Origin: Prevotella sp.
Lineage (GTDB): Bacteria > Bacteroidota > Bacteroidia > Bacteroidales > Bacteroidaceae
DNA: 64,000 bases
Reading direction: 5' to 3'
Assembly: GCA_016285075.1 (NCBI GenBank)
Contig: JAEEQB010000007.1
Span: 14,302 to 78,301, forward strand
Shown here: one piece after another, positions 46,384 through 54,838 of the stretch
Layout of the letters: the number at the start of each line of letters is the position of its first letter
Numbering within the stretch: the first letter of the stretch is position 1
Notes under the pieces: generated by a model
Database searches by the model: none
The model's input: only the letters and a program-made list of their open reading frames with translations
Told to the model about the DNA's origin: nothing
Translations under genes and position numbers: made by a program

Positions 46384-49300
46384 TTAGAATCTTCCCGGTC
46401 CTCCGAAGCCGCCGCCACCGAAGCCGCCACCTCCGAAGCCACCTCCGAAGCCGCCACCGCGATTGCCGCCACGATTGTTACCGCCGCGATTGTTACCGCC
46501 GCCAGGCATCGGGCCACCGAAACCGCCCTGTCCGCGTCCGCCGCGTCCGCCACCGAAGCCTCCGAAGCCGAACATTCCGCCGCCGCCGAAGACGTTCAGA
46601 CGATAGCTTGCACGGAACATCACGTAGCTGTTGATGGCATTGTACTCATTGTCGGTACGTGACATGTCGTTGATCATAGTCGTGAAGTTGGACTGCTGGC
46701 CTAAGATGTCGTAGAACTGGAGTGAGAGTGTGAGCGGCTTGCCTCGCAGCAGGCTGTGGGAGATCTGTGCATTCCACAGGAGTTCGTTGGTATTCATGGT
46801 CTCATCGCTATAGCCTCTGCGGCTGTTCATGCTCAGATCTGTGGTCACCTGAGTGCCCCAAGGCAACTGCAGGGTAGAGTTGAAACCGTAGGCGTAGGTC
46901 CAAGTGTCGAGGTTCGACTGCGGCTGCTTCTCATTGCGGGTGGAATTGTAGTTCACCGAACCGTTGACCTCTACTTCCAGCCAGTCGTTGCGGAAGCCGA
47001 GTCCTGCACGACCACCGATGATGTTGGATTTGGTGACATTCTTCACGGCTTGCCTGTTCTGGTCTACATAACCCACGCGGTGGTTGTAGTTGTCGTTCAC
47101 CGAGACGTTGTAATTGAAGTATCCCATAGAGTCGATGGCCGAGCTGAACATGATGTTGGCACCTGCATTCCAGTTGCCGTTGATGTTTTCGGGCTTGGTC
47201 TCTCTTCCACCATTGTCGAAGTAGGTAACCTTGTTAGAGATGCTGTTAGCCGTTGTCGAGAAGTTGGCGTTGGCATTGATGAAGCGCTGGCGATTCATGA
47301 TGTAGTTGTTGAAGCGCAGGTTGAAGCGCTGGGTGAACGAAGGCTTCAAGTTAGGATTACCTCTGGTTTTGCTCATGGGGTTGGTATCGTCGTTGATATC
47401 GAGCAGCTGCTCAATGGAAGGCTGGCTGGTGGTGCCGCGATAGTCGAAGCGCAGCTGGCCCTGCTGTGAGAAACGCCAGTTGATTCTGGCCGTCGGGCTC
47501 CAGTTGGTCACCGAACGGTTCACTACGGTGTCAACGCCTAAGTAGCGCTGCGTGTATTCCGAAGTCTGGGGGACGATCTGCACACCTACATTGAAATCGT
47601 AGGTGTTGCGAATGAAGCGCAGCATAATCTCACCAGTGTGAATGTAGTTGGAGTAGGCAGAGTAGCGGCTCTGGTCCTTGCTGTAATACTCATCGTCGTG
47701 AGTTGGAGTATAGCCTTCGCTTATCAGGTTGAAGTAGTTGCTCCACTTACGGTAAGTATTCGGAACGCCGTTGAAATCATAACCCTTGGTAGGATCGGAC
47801 AGAAGGGGACTTGAGTAGTCGAAGGTAGAACGGTCGCTCTCGTTGTAGCGATACTGGAAAGTATAGCTGAACTGCAGGAAGGTGGCGTAGGCTATAGGCT
47901 CGCTGTAAGTGGCGCGGGCACTGTAGTCATACGACGTGGTGGGCGACAGGTTGTAACGGTTAGCCTGGTACTCTGTCAGATTTTTCACGCCATTGTATTC
48001 TCCGGTCTTGCCTTGGAAGAACTTTGTCTGGTTGCTTGTCAACTGCTTGCTCTCGTTGTCGCTGTAGTTACCTGTCAGCTGTATGGTGATGTTACGTCCC
48101 TTGCCGTTCAGCAGTCGGTTTACCTGCAGCGTACCGCCCAGACGTTTGTTGTCACTATAGGTGAGCGATTTGTTGTTGCTGCTGTTGGTGATGATTTCGC
48201 TCAGGTCGCCACCGTTCTTCACAATCTCGGACATGATGGCTGCGTTGAGCTGATAGTTGACGATGTCATACGGGTCGGCGTTGAATGTTGCCGACGTATT
48301 GTCGCTGCGTCCGTCGTTACTGCCGAAGCTCCAGTTGGGGCGGAAGGCAATGTTCCACAGCGTGTCGGGTGTCCACTCCACACGTCCCTGTACGCTCCAG
48401 TTGTTGGAACGCGAGAAACTCTGGTTGATAGAGCTTGAGAACTGCTTCTTTGTGGGGTCAGCCGTGTAATTCTCGACAAAGCGGCGTGACCAGGAGTCAC
48501 CGTCACGATGGTTGTAGTTCACACTGGCCTGTGCAATGATGAGGTTGGGCTTCTCGTAGTTGAAGTTCACCATTCCGGTCTTGGCAGCATTCAGGCCGCC
48601 ACCGCCCATGCCTCCCATGCCGCCTCCGCCACCGAAGCCGCCCATGCCACCGAACCGACGGCCGCCGCCGCCGCCCATGCCCATGTCGTTGGTATTGTTG
48701 GCATTGAGCATACCCATGATGCGGTAGTCGTCACGCATATACATACCAAAGAGACGACCGGAATAGCGGTCTTTTGTACCGGCACCCAGGTCGGCGTTCA
48801 TGATGGTACCACGGTTCATTCCGGCGCGGACACCGAAGTCGAGCACCGTCTGCTCGTTGCCGTCGTCTATACCTGTGATACGGGCCAGGTCGCTCTTCTC
48901 GTCATATGCGCGTACCTTTTCTATAATATAAGTGGGCAGGTTCTTCAGCGCTGTCTTCGCATCGCCGAATTCCTTGCCGTCCACTTTGATCTTTGATACC
49001 TGCTTACCATTGATGGTGATGTTGCCGTCATCGTCGAGCTCTGCGCCTGGCATACGCTTCACCAGTTCCTCTACGACGGAGCCCTCTGGAGTGCGATAGG
49101 CGTCAGCATTGAAAATCAGAGTGTCGCCTTTCGACTGCACCTTTGCTACATGGGCTGTGGCAGTCACGCCTTTCAGCATGATGGCATCGGGCTTGAGGGT
49201 AATGGTACCTACCTGTTGGGGCTTGCCGCTAACGGTGATGCGCTGGGTGTGGGGTTTGTAGCCGACAAATGTCACTTTCATGATGTAGGTTCCGTCCTTC

Positions 49301-49500
49301 GGTGCTGTCATTTGGAATTGGCCGTTCATGTTGGTCAAGGCATTCGTCACTACCGAAGAGTCAGTGTTTAAAAGGGCTACTGTGGCCTGAATGACGGCTT
49401 CGTTCAAATCTCCGTCCATTACTTTTCCTGAAATTGTGCGTTGTGCAAGAACTGAGAGGGTCGCCATCATTGCGACCGTCATGAATAGTAATCTTTTCAT
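46384..49500 (-). CDS. Outer-membrane beta-barrel protein (TonB-dependent-receptor-like, CarboxypepD_reg N-domain) with internal and C-terminal Gly/Arg-rich tracts
   Basis: It has a signal peptide, ISGKVMD...TNMNGQF...VTFVGY, a plug-like segment, long alternating beta-strand composition, and a barrel-like terminal ASYRLNVF followed by a G/R/F tail of about 65 aa. Confidence 0.75.
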   Translation of the reverse strand: MKRLLFMTVAMMATLSVLAQRTISGKVMDGDLNEAVIQATVALLNTDSSVVTNALTNMNGQFQMTAPKDGTYIMKVTFVGYKPHTQRITVSGKPQQVGTITLKPDAIMLKGVTATAHVAKVQSKGDTLIFNADAYRTPEGSVVEELVKRMPGAELDDDGNITINGKQVSKIKVDGKEFGDAKTALKNLPTYIIEKVRAYDEKSDLARITGIDDGNEQTVLDFGVRAGMNRGTIMNADLGAGTKDRYSGRLFGMYMRDDYRIMGMLNANNTNDMGMGGGGGRRFGGMGGFGGGGGMGGMGGGGLNAAKTGMVNFNYEKPNLIIAQASVNYNHRDGDSWSRRFVENYTADPTKKQFSSSINQSFSRSNNWSVQGRVEWTPDTLWNIAFRPNWSFGSNDGRSDNTSATFNADPYDIVNYQLNAAIMSEIVKNGGDLSEIITNSSNNKSLTYSDNKRLGGTLQVNRLLNGKGRNITIQLTGNYSDNESKQLTSNQTKFFQGKTGEYNGVKNLTEYQANRYNLSPTTSYDYSARATYSEPIAYATFLQFSYTFQYRYNESDRSTFDYSSPLLSDPTKGYDFNGVPNTYRKWSNYFNLISEGYTPTHDDEYYSKDQSRYSAYSNYIHTGEIMLRFIRNTYDFNVGVQIVPQTSEYTQRYLGVDTVVNRSVTNWSPTARINWRFSQQGQLRFDYRGTTSQPSIEQLLDINDDTNPMSKTRGNPNLKPSFTQRFNLRFNNYIMNRQRFINANANFSTTANSISNKVTYFDNGGRETKPENINGNWNAGANIMFSSAIDSMGYFNYNVSVNDNYNHRVGYVDQNRQAVKNVTKSNIIGGRAGLGFRNDWLEVEVNGSVNYNSTRNEKQPQSNLDTWTYAYGFNSTLQLPWGTQVTTDLSMNSRRGYSDETMNTNELLWNAQISHSLLRGKPLTLSLQFYDILGQQSNFTTMINDMSRTDNEYNAINSYVMFRASYRLNVFGGGGMFGFGGFGGGRGGRGQGGFGGPMPGGGNNRGGNNRGGNRGGGFGGGFGGGGFGGGGFGGPGRF

Positions 49501-49720
49501 TTTGATTGATTTTTTATTTCCATTCTGGGTTTTTGACGCATCGCAGCCCAAAACGTTTAATCCATTGCCCGATTTTTTTTCACAATTATCTGTTTATTTT
49601 CTCCTCTTGACTGAAGAACGCACTCGATGATCATCCTTTTACTGTTCTATCTTGCTTGAGTTCCGGGAATTGTTTGCAAAGTATCCGCAACGTGTGACTT
49701 CTACCGACCCTTCTTTGCAA

Positions 49721-49844
49721 AGTATGACACTATCGGTGCTTTAGTATGACACTATCGGCCCTTTAGTATGACACTATCGGTGCTTTAGTATGATACTATC
49801 GGCCCTTTAGTATGATACCAACGCGCCTTTAGTATCATACTATC
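49721..49844. repeat. Iteron-like array C: six units of (TTT)AGTATGAYACTATC at 22-bp phasing, inverted relative to arrays A and B
   Basis: Unit cores start at 49721, 49743, 49765, 49787, 49809 and 49831. Spacers ggtgc and ggccc alternate. Confidence 0.9.
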
Positions 49845-50031
49845 GACCTTTTCGTATTACGATCCCAATTCACGTTTGCAGCAAAAAGCAAACTCAGGCG
49901 CTTCGCGGAGGCCTTGCAAAGATCTTTCGAAACTTCTACTATCTTATATGATCCGGCAGGGGTGTTGCTGGCAGAATAAAATATTTTTTGAAAAAAACGG
50001 AGAAAAGTTTGGTGGTATGAAAAAATAGTCG

Positions 50032-50039
50032 TACCTTTG
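50032..50039 (+). promoter_or_regulatory. TACCTTTG -7 box for the tRNA pair
   Basis: It matches the consensus and lies about 50 nt upstream of tRNA-Ser. Confidence 0.5.
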
Positions 50040-50089
50040 CACCGCGTTTGAGAGATAACCCCACGGTGAAGGCTTACGAAGCATCTTTT

Positions 50090-50176
50090 GGAAGGATGGG
50101 TGAGTGGCTGAAACCAGCAGTTTGCTAAACTGCCGTACGGGTTCCCGTACCGGGGGTTCGAATCCCCCTCCTTCCG
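50090..50176 (+). tRNA. tRNA-Ser (anticodon GCT)
   Basis: The acceptor stem is ggaagga/tccttcc and the anticodon stem-loop is gcagt-ttGCTaa-actgc. It has a long variable arm (gtacgg/ccgtac) and a T-arm ggggg-ttcgaat-ccccc. Confidence 0.9.
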
Positions 50177-50203
50177 CAGGGGTGACTCTTGAAGACGCTT
50201 CCT

Positions 50204-50278
50204 GGTCGGTTCATCTAACGGTTAGGATACAAGATTCTCAATCTTGGCATAAGGGTTCGATTCCCTTACCGACTACCA
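50204..50278 (+). tRNA. tRNA-Glu (anticodon CTC), CCA encoded
   Basis: The acceptor stem is ggtcggt/accgact (G1-U72 wobble) and the anticodon stem-loop is caaga-ttCTCaa-tcttg. The T-arm is aaggg-ttcgatt-ccctt. Confidence 0.8.
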
Positions 50279-50291
50279 TCCAAGTTACGTC

Positions 50292-50317
50292 AACGCCCCT
50301 TTTCAGGGCGTTTTTTT
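50292..50317 (+). terminator. Rho-independent terminator after the tRNA pair
   Basis: aacgccc pairs with gggcgtt, followed by ttttttt. Confidence 0.75.
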
Positions 50318-50379
50318 GTTTTGGTTAGCCAGATTTCATGAAGAAGCATTCTGTGAAGTGAACAGACAAGATAAAAACG

Positions 50380-51261
50380 ATGAGCAATATGTATTGGGTT
50401 CTTGTTTATTTCTTATTCGTCATTGTCTATGTGGTTATTTCTACATATAGGAAAAAAGCAGAGATAGAATCTCACAATTGGAATACTGACGAAAAAAATG
50501 TTGATGAAAAACTCAAAAGCATGATGCAAGAACTGGCTTGCTGTCACACTACCTTTTATGATTCGACCGATCCTGTCAAGATAGAAAAAGCCTATAAAGA
50601 GGCATGCGAACGAGGAGAAAAAGAGGGATTCTTTCCTGTGCTTCTTGTATTGGAAGACATTTTCATGGTCAACATTTTAAACCAGCTTGGAGTTAGGAAT
50701 GGCAAGGAAGAGGTAGACTTGGGAAAAGTACGAGCGCATCGTCAAGAACTGATGCATTCGACGGAAAATGGCAGAGTTTGGTTGGGTTTACGACTTCGTG
50801 AGTTGAAGAATGGCTTAAAGAAAGAACACCCCGATTTCTATAAAACTGATGTGCTGGGTGAGTATGTGGCAAATGGTATTGGCAACACGTCTTTCAATGG
50901 TATCGTCAATGGCGAGACTGGGCGAACACTTCCGCTGCTTCTGGCCGAAGTACCGGTAAAACAACCTTGGCAGATATTGGCGTGGTTTCCTATTGGAGGA
51001 TGGGGTAATTGTCCTAAAGCAGAACACCTCGTCAGTGTTGCCAAGCATTGGTATGAAGCATTTGGAGCCGTCCCTGCTGTCATAAGCGAAGACATCATTG
51101 AGTTTGCAGTCCCCAAGCCCGTCAGTGATGAGGAAAGCCTTTCTTTGGCCAAAGAGCATTATGCTTTCTGCCCAGATATTGTTGACCAAAATCTCGGGAC
51201 GATCAATGCATTGGCCGATGTATTGAGAAAGTCCACGGTTTGGTTCTTTTGGTGGGAATGA
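50380..51261 (+). CDS. Membrane-anchored hypothetical protein, possibly DUF4253-like at the C-terminus
   Basis: It has an N-terminal TM helix YWVLVYFLFVIVYVVIS. The C-terminal WFPIGGWGNCP...VAKHWYEAFGAVP resembles DUF4253 as I recall it. The region is AT-richer than its flanks. Confidence 0.45.
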   Translation: MSNMYWVLVYFLFVIVYVVISTYRKKAEIESHNWNTDEKNVDEKLKSMMQELACCHTTFYDSTDPVKIEKAYKEACERGEKEGFFPVLLVLEDIFMVNILNQLGVRNGKEEVDLGKVRAHRQELMHSTENGRVWLGLRLRELKNGLKKEHPDFYKTDVLGEYVANGIGNTSFNGIVNGETGRTLPLLLAEVPVKQPWQILAWFPIGGWGNCPKAEHLVSVAKHWYEAFGAVPAVISEDIIEFAVPKPVSDEESLSLAKEHYAFCPDIVDQNLGTINALADVLRKSTVWFFWWE

Positions 51262-51379
51262 CCATTGGGGACAACTAAGAAGGGGGGGATAGCCTGATGA
51301 AAACAGCTAAAATAGCCCCGCAAGTCATTGACCTGCGGGGCTTTGTCTGCTATCTGCCCATATGTCAGTGTTGGCAGAG

Positions 51380-51919
51380 CTATTGTTTCCTATTGGAGTG
51401 TGGTCTGTTACCGTGATTCCAGTTGCCTGGGTTTCCGAAGCCCATACCAGGTCCCTGGAAGCGTCTCATTCCTTCGCCCCAATTCCTCAGTTTCTGCCGG
51501 TGGAACCGGTCTTCGGCCTTGATGGCATCATAGAGCTTGGAGGCGGGTACAATGCTGAGCAGGCGGTTGTGATAGGTCTGCTGTATGCGTTTCAGCTCGA
51601 GCTCTATCTCGTCGCGTTGCCGGATGGCTTTTTCGCAGCCTTTTTCATCGGAAGGCTTCTGTCGCCCTAATTGCTGCTGTCGTCCGAAGAGTGCGCGTTG
51701 TTTCTTCTGCATCTCATGGTAGACGGGGAAGAACTTGGCTGCTTCCTGTGGTGTAAGACCAGCTTCCTTGGTGATGAACTGCTGCAGTTCTTTCTCAAAC
51801 TGTTCGGGTGAGAACTGTTGTGCCTGTTGTGGCTGCTGCGGCCAGTTTCTCTTCTGTGCCTGAACCGAAACAAAGCTCAGCTGTGTGAAGAGGATGGTCA
51901 ATAGAACTACGCGTCTCAT
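51380..51919 (-). CDS. Periplasmic Spy/CpxP-like (LTxxQ-type) protein
   Basis: It has a signal peptide and helical repeats with LTPQEAAKFFPVYHEMQKK. It is the third gene of the ECF sigma cluster. Confidence 0.55.
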   Translation of the reverse strand: MRRVVLLTILFTQLSFVSVQAQKRNWPQQPQQAQQFSPEQFEKELQQFITKEAGLTPQEAAKFFPVYHEMQKKQRALFGRQQQLGRQKPSDEKGCEKAIRQRDEIELELKRIQQTYHNRLLSIVPASKLYDAIKAEDRFHRQKLRNWGEGMRRFQGPGMGFGNPGNWNHGNRPHSNRKQ

Positions 51920-51946
51920 AGTGGTATTATTCTTTTTCTTTCTGTT

Positions 51947-52309
51947 TTATTCACTGTATAACGCTGCATAGATGTCATGATTGTCCATCATGGCGTAGTT
52001 CATTGCCTCATCAATGTAACTATCAGAGTAGACAGCTGCAGGGGTTGCTTCCGAGAACTGCTGCGGCTGCGGCGCTTCCTGCTCCTGGAAGAGGAAGTAG
52101 GCAGATACTGTGAACACGGCGATGACTGCCGAGGCGGCAGCGTACATCCACATTCTTACTACTGGCTTTCGTTGAAGCCTGATGGCAGTGCTTTGCTCTG
52201 GCAACTTCGCCATGAGATCCTGCGTGAAGTTGTCGAAGTATCCGTCGGGTACCTTAAAGGCGTTGCGGGGACTGCCTAACCGTTGATTGAGATATTCTTC
52301 GTTTGTCAT
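51947..52309 (-). CDS. Putative anti-sigma factor (single-pass membrane protein)
   Basis: It lies immediately downstream of the ECF sigma gene and has one TM helix, MWMYAAASAVIAVFTVSAYFLF. Confidence 0.5.
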   Translation of the reverse strand: MTNEEYLNQRLGSPRNAFKVPDGYFDNFTQDLMAKLPEQSTAIRLQRKPVVRMWMYAAASAVIAVFTVSAYFLFQEQEAPQPQQFSEATPAAVYSDSYIDEAMNYAMMDNHDIYAALYSE

Positions 52310-52339
52310 ACTATATGGACGTTATTCGTTTCAAAAGGT

Positions 52340-52882
52340 TTAATCGCGTGCCTTAAAAAATTCAGTAATCTTTTTCACTGCTATGTGGTAGGAGGCTTTG
52401 AGTGCTCCTTCGCTGGTGCCGAGCAGCTGGCTGATGTCGCTGTATTTCATGTCTTCGAAGTATCGCAACTCGAATACTGTGCGCTGTACGTCGGGCAGCC
52501 GTGAGATGGCTTCGTGAAGCATGGCCTCGGTCTCGTCTCCGTCGAAGTATTCGTCGGCCATGAGCTGGTTGGCTATGCCGGTGTCTACATCGTCGGTGCT
52601 GAGTGCGTTCTTCTGCCGGCGCAGGAAGTCGAGGCTCTCGTTGATGGCTATGCGTGATAGCCAAGTGATGAGCTTGGAGTCGCCCTTGAACGTGTCGAGT
52701 GCCTGCCAGGCTTTGATGAGTGAGTTCTGGAGCACGTCGTTGGCATCCTCATGGGCGAGTACGATGCGGCGTACCTGCCAATAGAGCTGTTCACTGTAAA
52801 GGCGTACCACCTGTTCGAAGGCCCTGCGCTGGGTCTTCGGATTCATCAGTTGTTCTATGAGCAGCTTGTCGTCGGTAATCAT
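52340..52882 (-). CDS. ECF-type RNA polymerase sigma-70 factor
   Basis: Region 2 (VLQNSLIKAW) and region 4 (QRTVFELRYFEDMKYSDISQLLGTSEGALKASYHIAVKKI) are both present. Confidence 0.85.
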   Translation of the reverse strand: MITDDKLLIEQLMNPKTQRRAFEQVVRLYSEQLYWQVRRIVLAHEDANDVLQNSLIKAWQALDTFKGDSKLITWLSRIAINESLDFLRRQKNALSTDDVDTGIANQLMADEYFDGDETEAMLHEAISRLPDVQRTVFELRYFEDMKYSDISQLLGTSEGALKASYHIAVKKITEFFKARD

Positions 52883-52892
52883 TGCCTTGTCT

Positions 52893-54485
52893 TTATTGCA
52901 TATATGTCTTCAGTGCCCGTTCCAGTGCCTTGTCGTAACCATATACGTCGGGGTAGGTCTGCAGGTGTCCGTTGGCAGGGTCGGGGTAGACTGTATAATA
53001 AGTAATATAAATAGGTACGCGAGGCTTGATGCCTATCCAGTCGATGAGGCGTGGATGGCTGGGACGGTCTTCGCGTTCCATGTATTCTTTTCCACGATCT
53101 GTCTCGGGGGGCAGCCCCATTGAGATGCGCAGCTTGTCCATCTGCCACTCGTCAGGATTGTTCGTCAGGAACTTAGCCAGTTCGAAGGGGTGCTGTACGC
53201 GTACGCATCCATGACTTACTCCTCGGTTGTCGTGTCCGAAGAATGCACGTGTGGACGTGTCGTGGAGGAACACCGAGAAATTGTTTGGGAAACGGAAGAT
53301 GATGCGTCCCAGCGAGTTTCCGGGGCCTCCCTGCTGTGCCACCCTGTAGGCTCCAGAGAGCAGTTGGTCGCGGGTGACTTCAGCAGCTGACAGTCGGTTT
53401 CCCGACTTTTTGTCGGATATGTAGTAGCCGTGCCGGCTGAAGTAGGATGGGTCTCCGGCGTGTCGGGCTATGTCGTTCTGTATAATGCTCATGGGTATCA
53501 CCCAGTCTGGGTTGACGTTCATGTGGGTGAAATAGCTGTTGAGCAGTGGTGTCTTGGTCTTCAAGGCTCCGCAGCCCACACGCATGTCGATGACGGTGTC
53601 AGGACTGACGCCCCACAGGTGGAATGCAGCCACGTTGACTATCACGTATTTCTCCTTGGATCCGGGCTTTTGCTGCCGCCAGCGTCTGCGCTCCATGTTG
53701 CAGAGCAGCCTGTTGCGGCTGGTGGCATCGGCTGTGGGCAGCATGCTCTTCAGACGCTGGTAGAGTGTGTCGCGGGGCTGTATCTCGCGCAGGAAAGCTC
53801 CCAGGCTGTCTTTTCTCACCTTCCACAGCAGTTGCTGGTAGGTGTCTCTTGCTGCATGATCCATATCAACGTCGAAGAGCCGCTGGTAGTCGAGCACGTT
53901 ACCCAGGGTGTCGGTGCGGCTGGGCTCCAGATGATTGAAGAGGTAGGTGGGGTTGACGAATCCGTAGCGTTGTCCTAAGGCGTAGCGCAGGTAGGCTTTT
54001 GTCAGGTTGTACTCCAGCCGTGCTGCCACCTGACTGATACTGTTGTCTGTATCGAAATCCAGGTTTTGCAGTCGGCGCAGGTCTGCGTCTATCTGCTCCA
54101 TCCTGAAGGAGCGTGGCGTGAATCCCATATCGGGCACGGTGGCATTGAGTACGCTGAGCAGGGTATCGGCCCAATGGCTGGCTCCCTGACGGTTCACCCA
54201 CACCTTAGCACCGCCGTGTCTGTAGTAGTCGCGTGTACGGAAGTCGGCAGTAGCAGAGTCTTTGTCCTGTTTACAAAGATGCTCTAAACTCTCGTCTATC
54301 AACTGAGAATTCAGAGCATATTCATCAGCCTTCCACTTGGCGAAGGCATCTATAGAAAGGTTTTTGTTCGGATTGGCTGATTTCTCATCGCATGAACCGA
54401 GCAAAAGCAAAAGGACAATCGCTGCTGCTGATGCTAACGGATGGAAACCTTTCTGACCACCTTTCCTACTTTCAGTATGTAGCAA
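52893..54485 (-). CDS. L,D-transpeptidase (YkuD-domain, YcbB/LdtD-like) lipoprotein
   Basis: It has the lipobox LLLLGSC and the catalytic LHDTS......SHGCVRV. The 5' end overlaps the upstream gene by 52 nt if the ATG at 54485 is used. Confidence 0.8.
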   Translation of the reverse strand: MLHTESRKGGQKGFHPLASAAAIVLLLLLGSCDEKSANPNKNLSIDAFAKWKADEYALNSQLIDESLEHLCKQDKDSATADFRTRDYYRHGGAKVWVNRQGASHWADTLLSVLNATVPDMGFTPRSFRMEQIDADLRRLQNLDFDTDNSISQVAARLEYNLTKAYLRYALGQRYGFVNPTYLFNHLEPSRTDTLGNVLDYQRLFDVDMDHAARDTYQQLLWKVRKDSLGAFLREIQPRDTLYQRLKSMLPTADATSRNRLLCNMERRRWRQQKPGSKEKYVIVNVAAFHLWGVSPDTVIDMRVGCGALKTKTPLLNSYFTHMNVNPDWVIPMSIIQNDIARHAGDPSYFSRHGYYISDKKSGNRLSAAEVTRDQLLSGAYRVAQQGGPGNSLGRIIFRFPNNFSVFLHDTSTRAFFGHDNRGVSHGCVRVQHPFELAKFLTNNPDEWQMDKLRISMGLPPETDRGKEYMEREDRPSHPRLIDWIGIKPRVPIYITYYTVYPDPANGHLQTYPDVYGYDKALERALKTYMQ

Positions 54486-54745
54486 CCTTTCGGAATATTA
54501 AGTTCTATGCGCTGTGCGGGGCTGTCGATGGCAATGGTCTTGACGACCTTGCCTGTGAGCGACACAACCTCTAAGGTTTGTCCCTGGGCGCCGGTAATGC
54601 TGACCGTCTGCTGATCTATCTGGATGGTAATCTGCTCCTCCCCCTGCTCTGCGGCCGGTGCTTCCAGACTGGAGGCAAATGCCACGACAGGGGCCATTGT
54701 CATCAGCGGGAGGGTCAGTGCAAATATGAGTAGTCTTTTCTGCAT
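54434..54745 (-). CDS. Small secreted protein made of little more than a signal peptide and a T9SS type-A sorting-like domain
   Basis: It has a signal peptide, and the C-terminal VVSLTGKVVKTI......LNIPKGCYILKVGKVVRKVSIR has a CTD-like pattern. Confidence 0.6.
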   Translation of the reverse strand: MQKRLLIFALTLPLMTMAPVVAFASSLEAPAAEQGEEQITIQIDQQTVSITGAQGQTLEVVSLTGKVVKTIAIDSPAQRIELNIPKGCYILKVGKVVRKVSIR

Positions 54746-54838
54746 AAGCTATTGGAACTATATAATTCGTGGCAAATTTACTAATTTCTCTTGAAACTAC
54801 CAAACTTTTTCCGAAGAAATTGCATTTTTGGGGTATTT

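Noticed and set aside
46314-48996. Ala/Val/Ser-rich and His/Thr/Ala-rich ORFs overlapping the Gly-rich tracts of the OMP gene (46314-46553 minus strand, 48508-48996 plus strand).
   Set aside because: They are alternative-frame or antisense readings of GGN-repeat DNA inside a long, coherent OMP ORF.
1582-49844. The iteron arrays as CRISPR arrays, or arrays A and C as the inverted termini of one 48-kb mobile element.
   Set aside because: The period is 22 bp with only 4-8-nt spacers, and no cas genes are present, so this is not CRISPR. The DNA between A and C is mostly GC-rich housekeeping (murB, aroC, clpA, trmD, rpsO and others), so a single element bounded by A and C is implausible.
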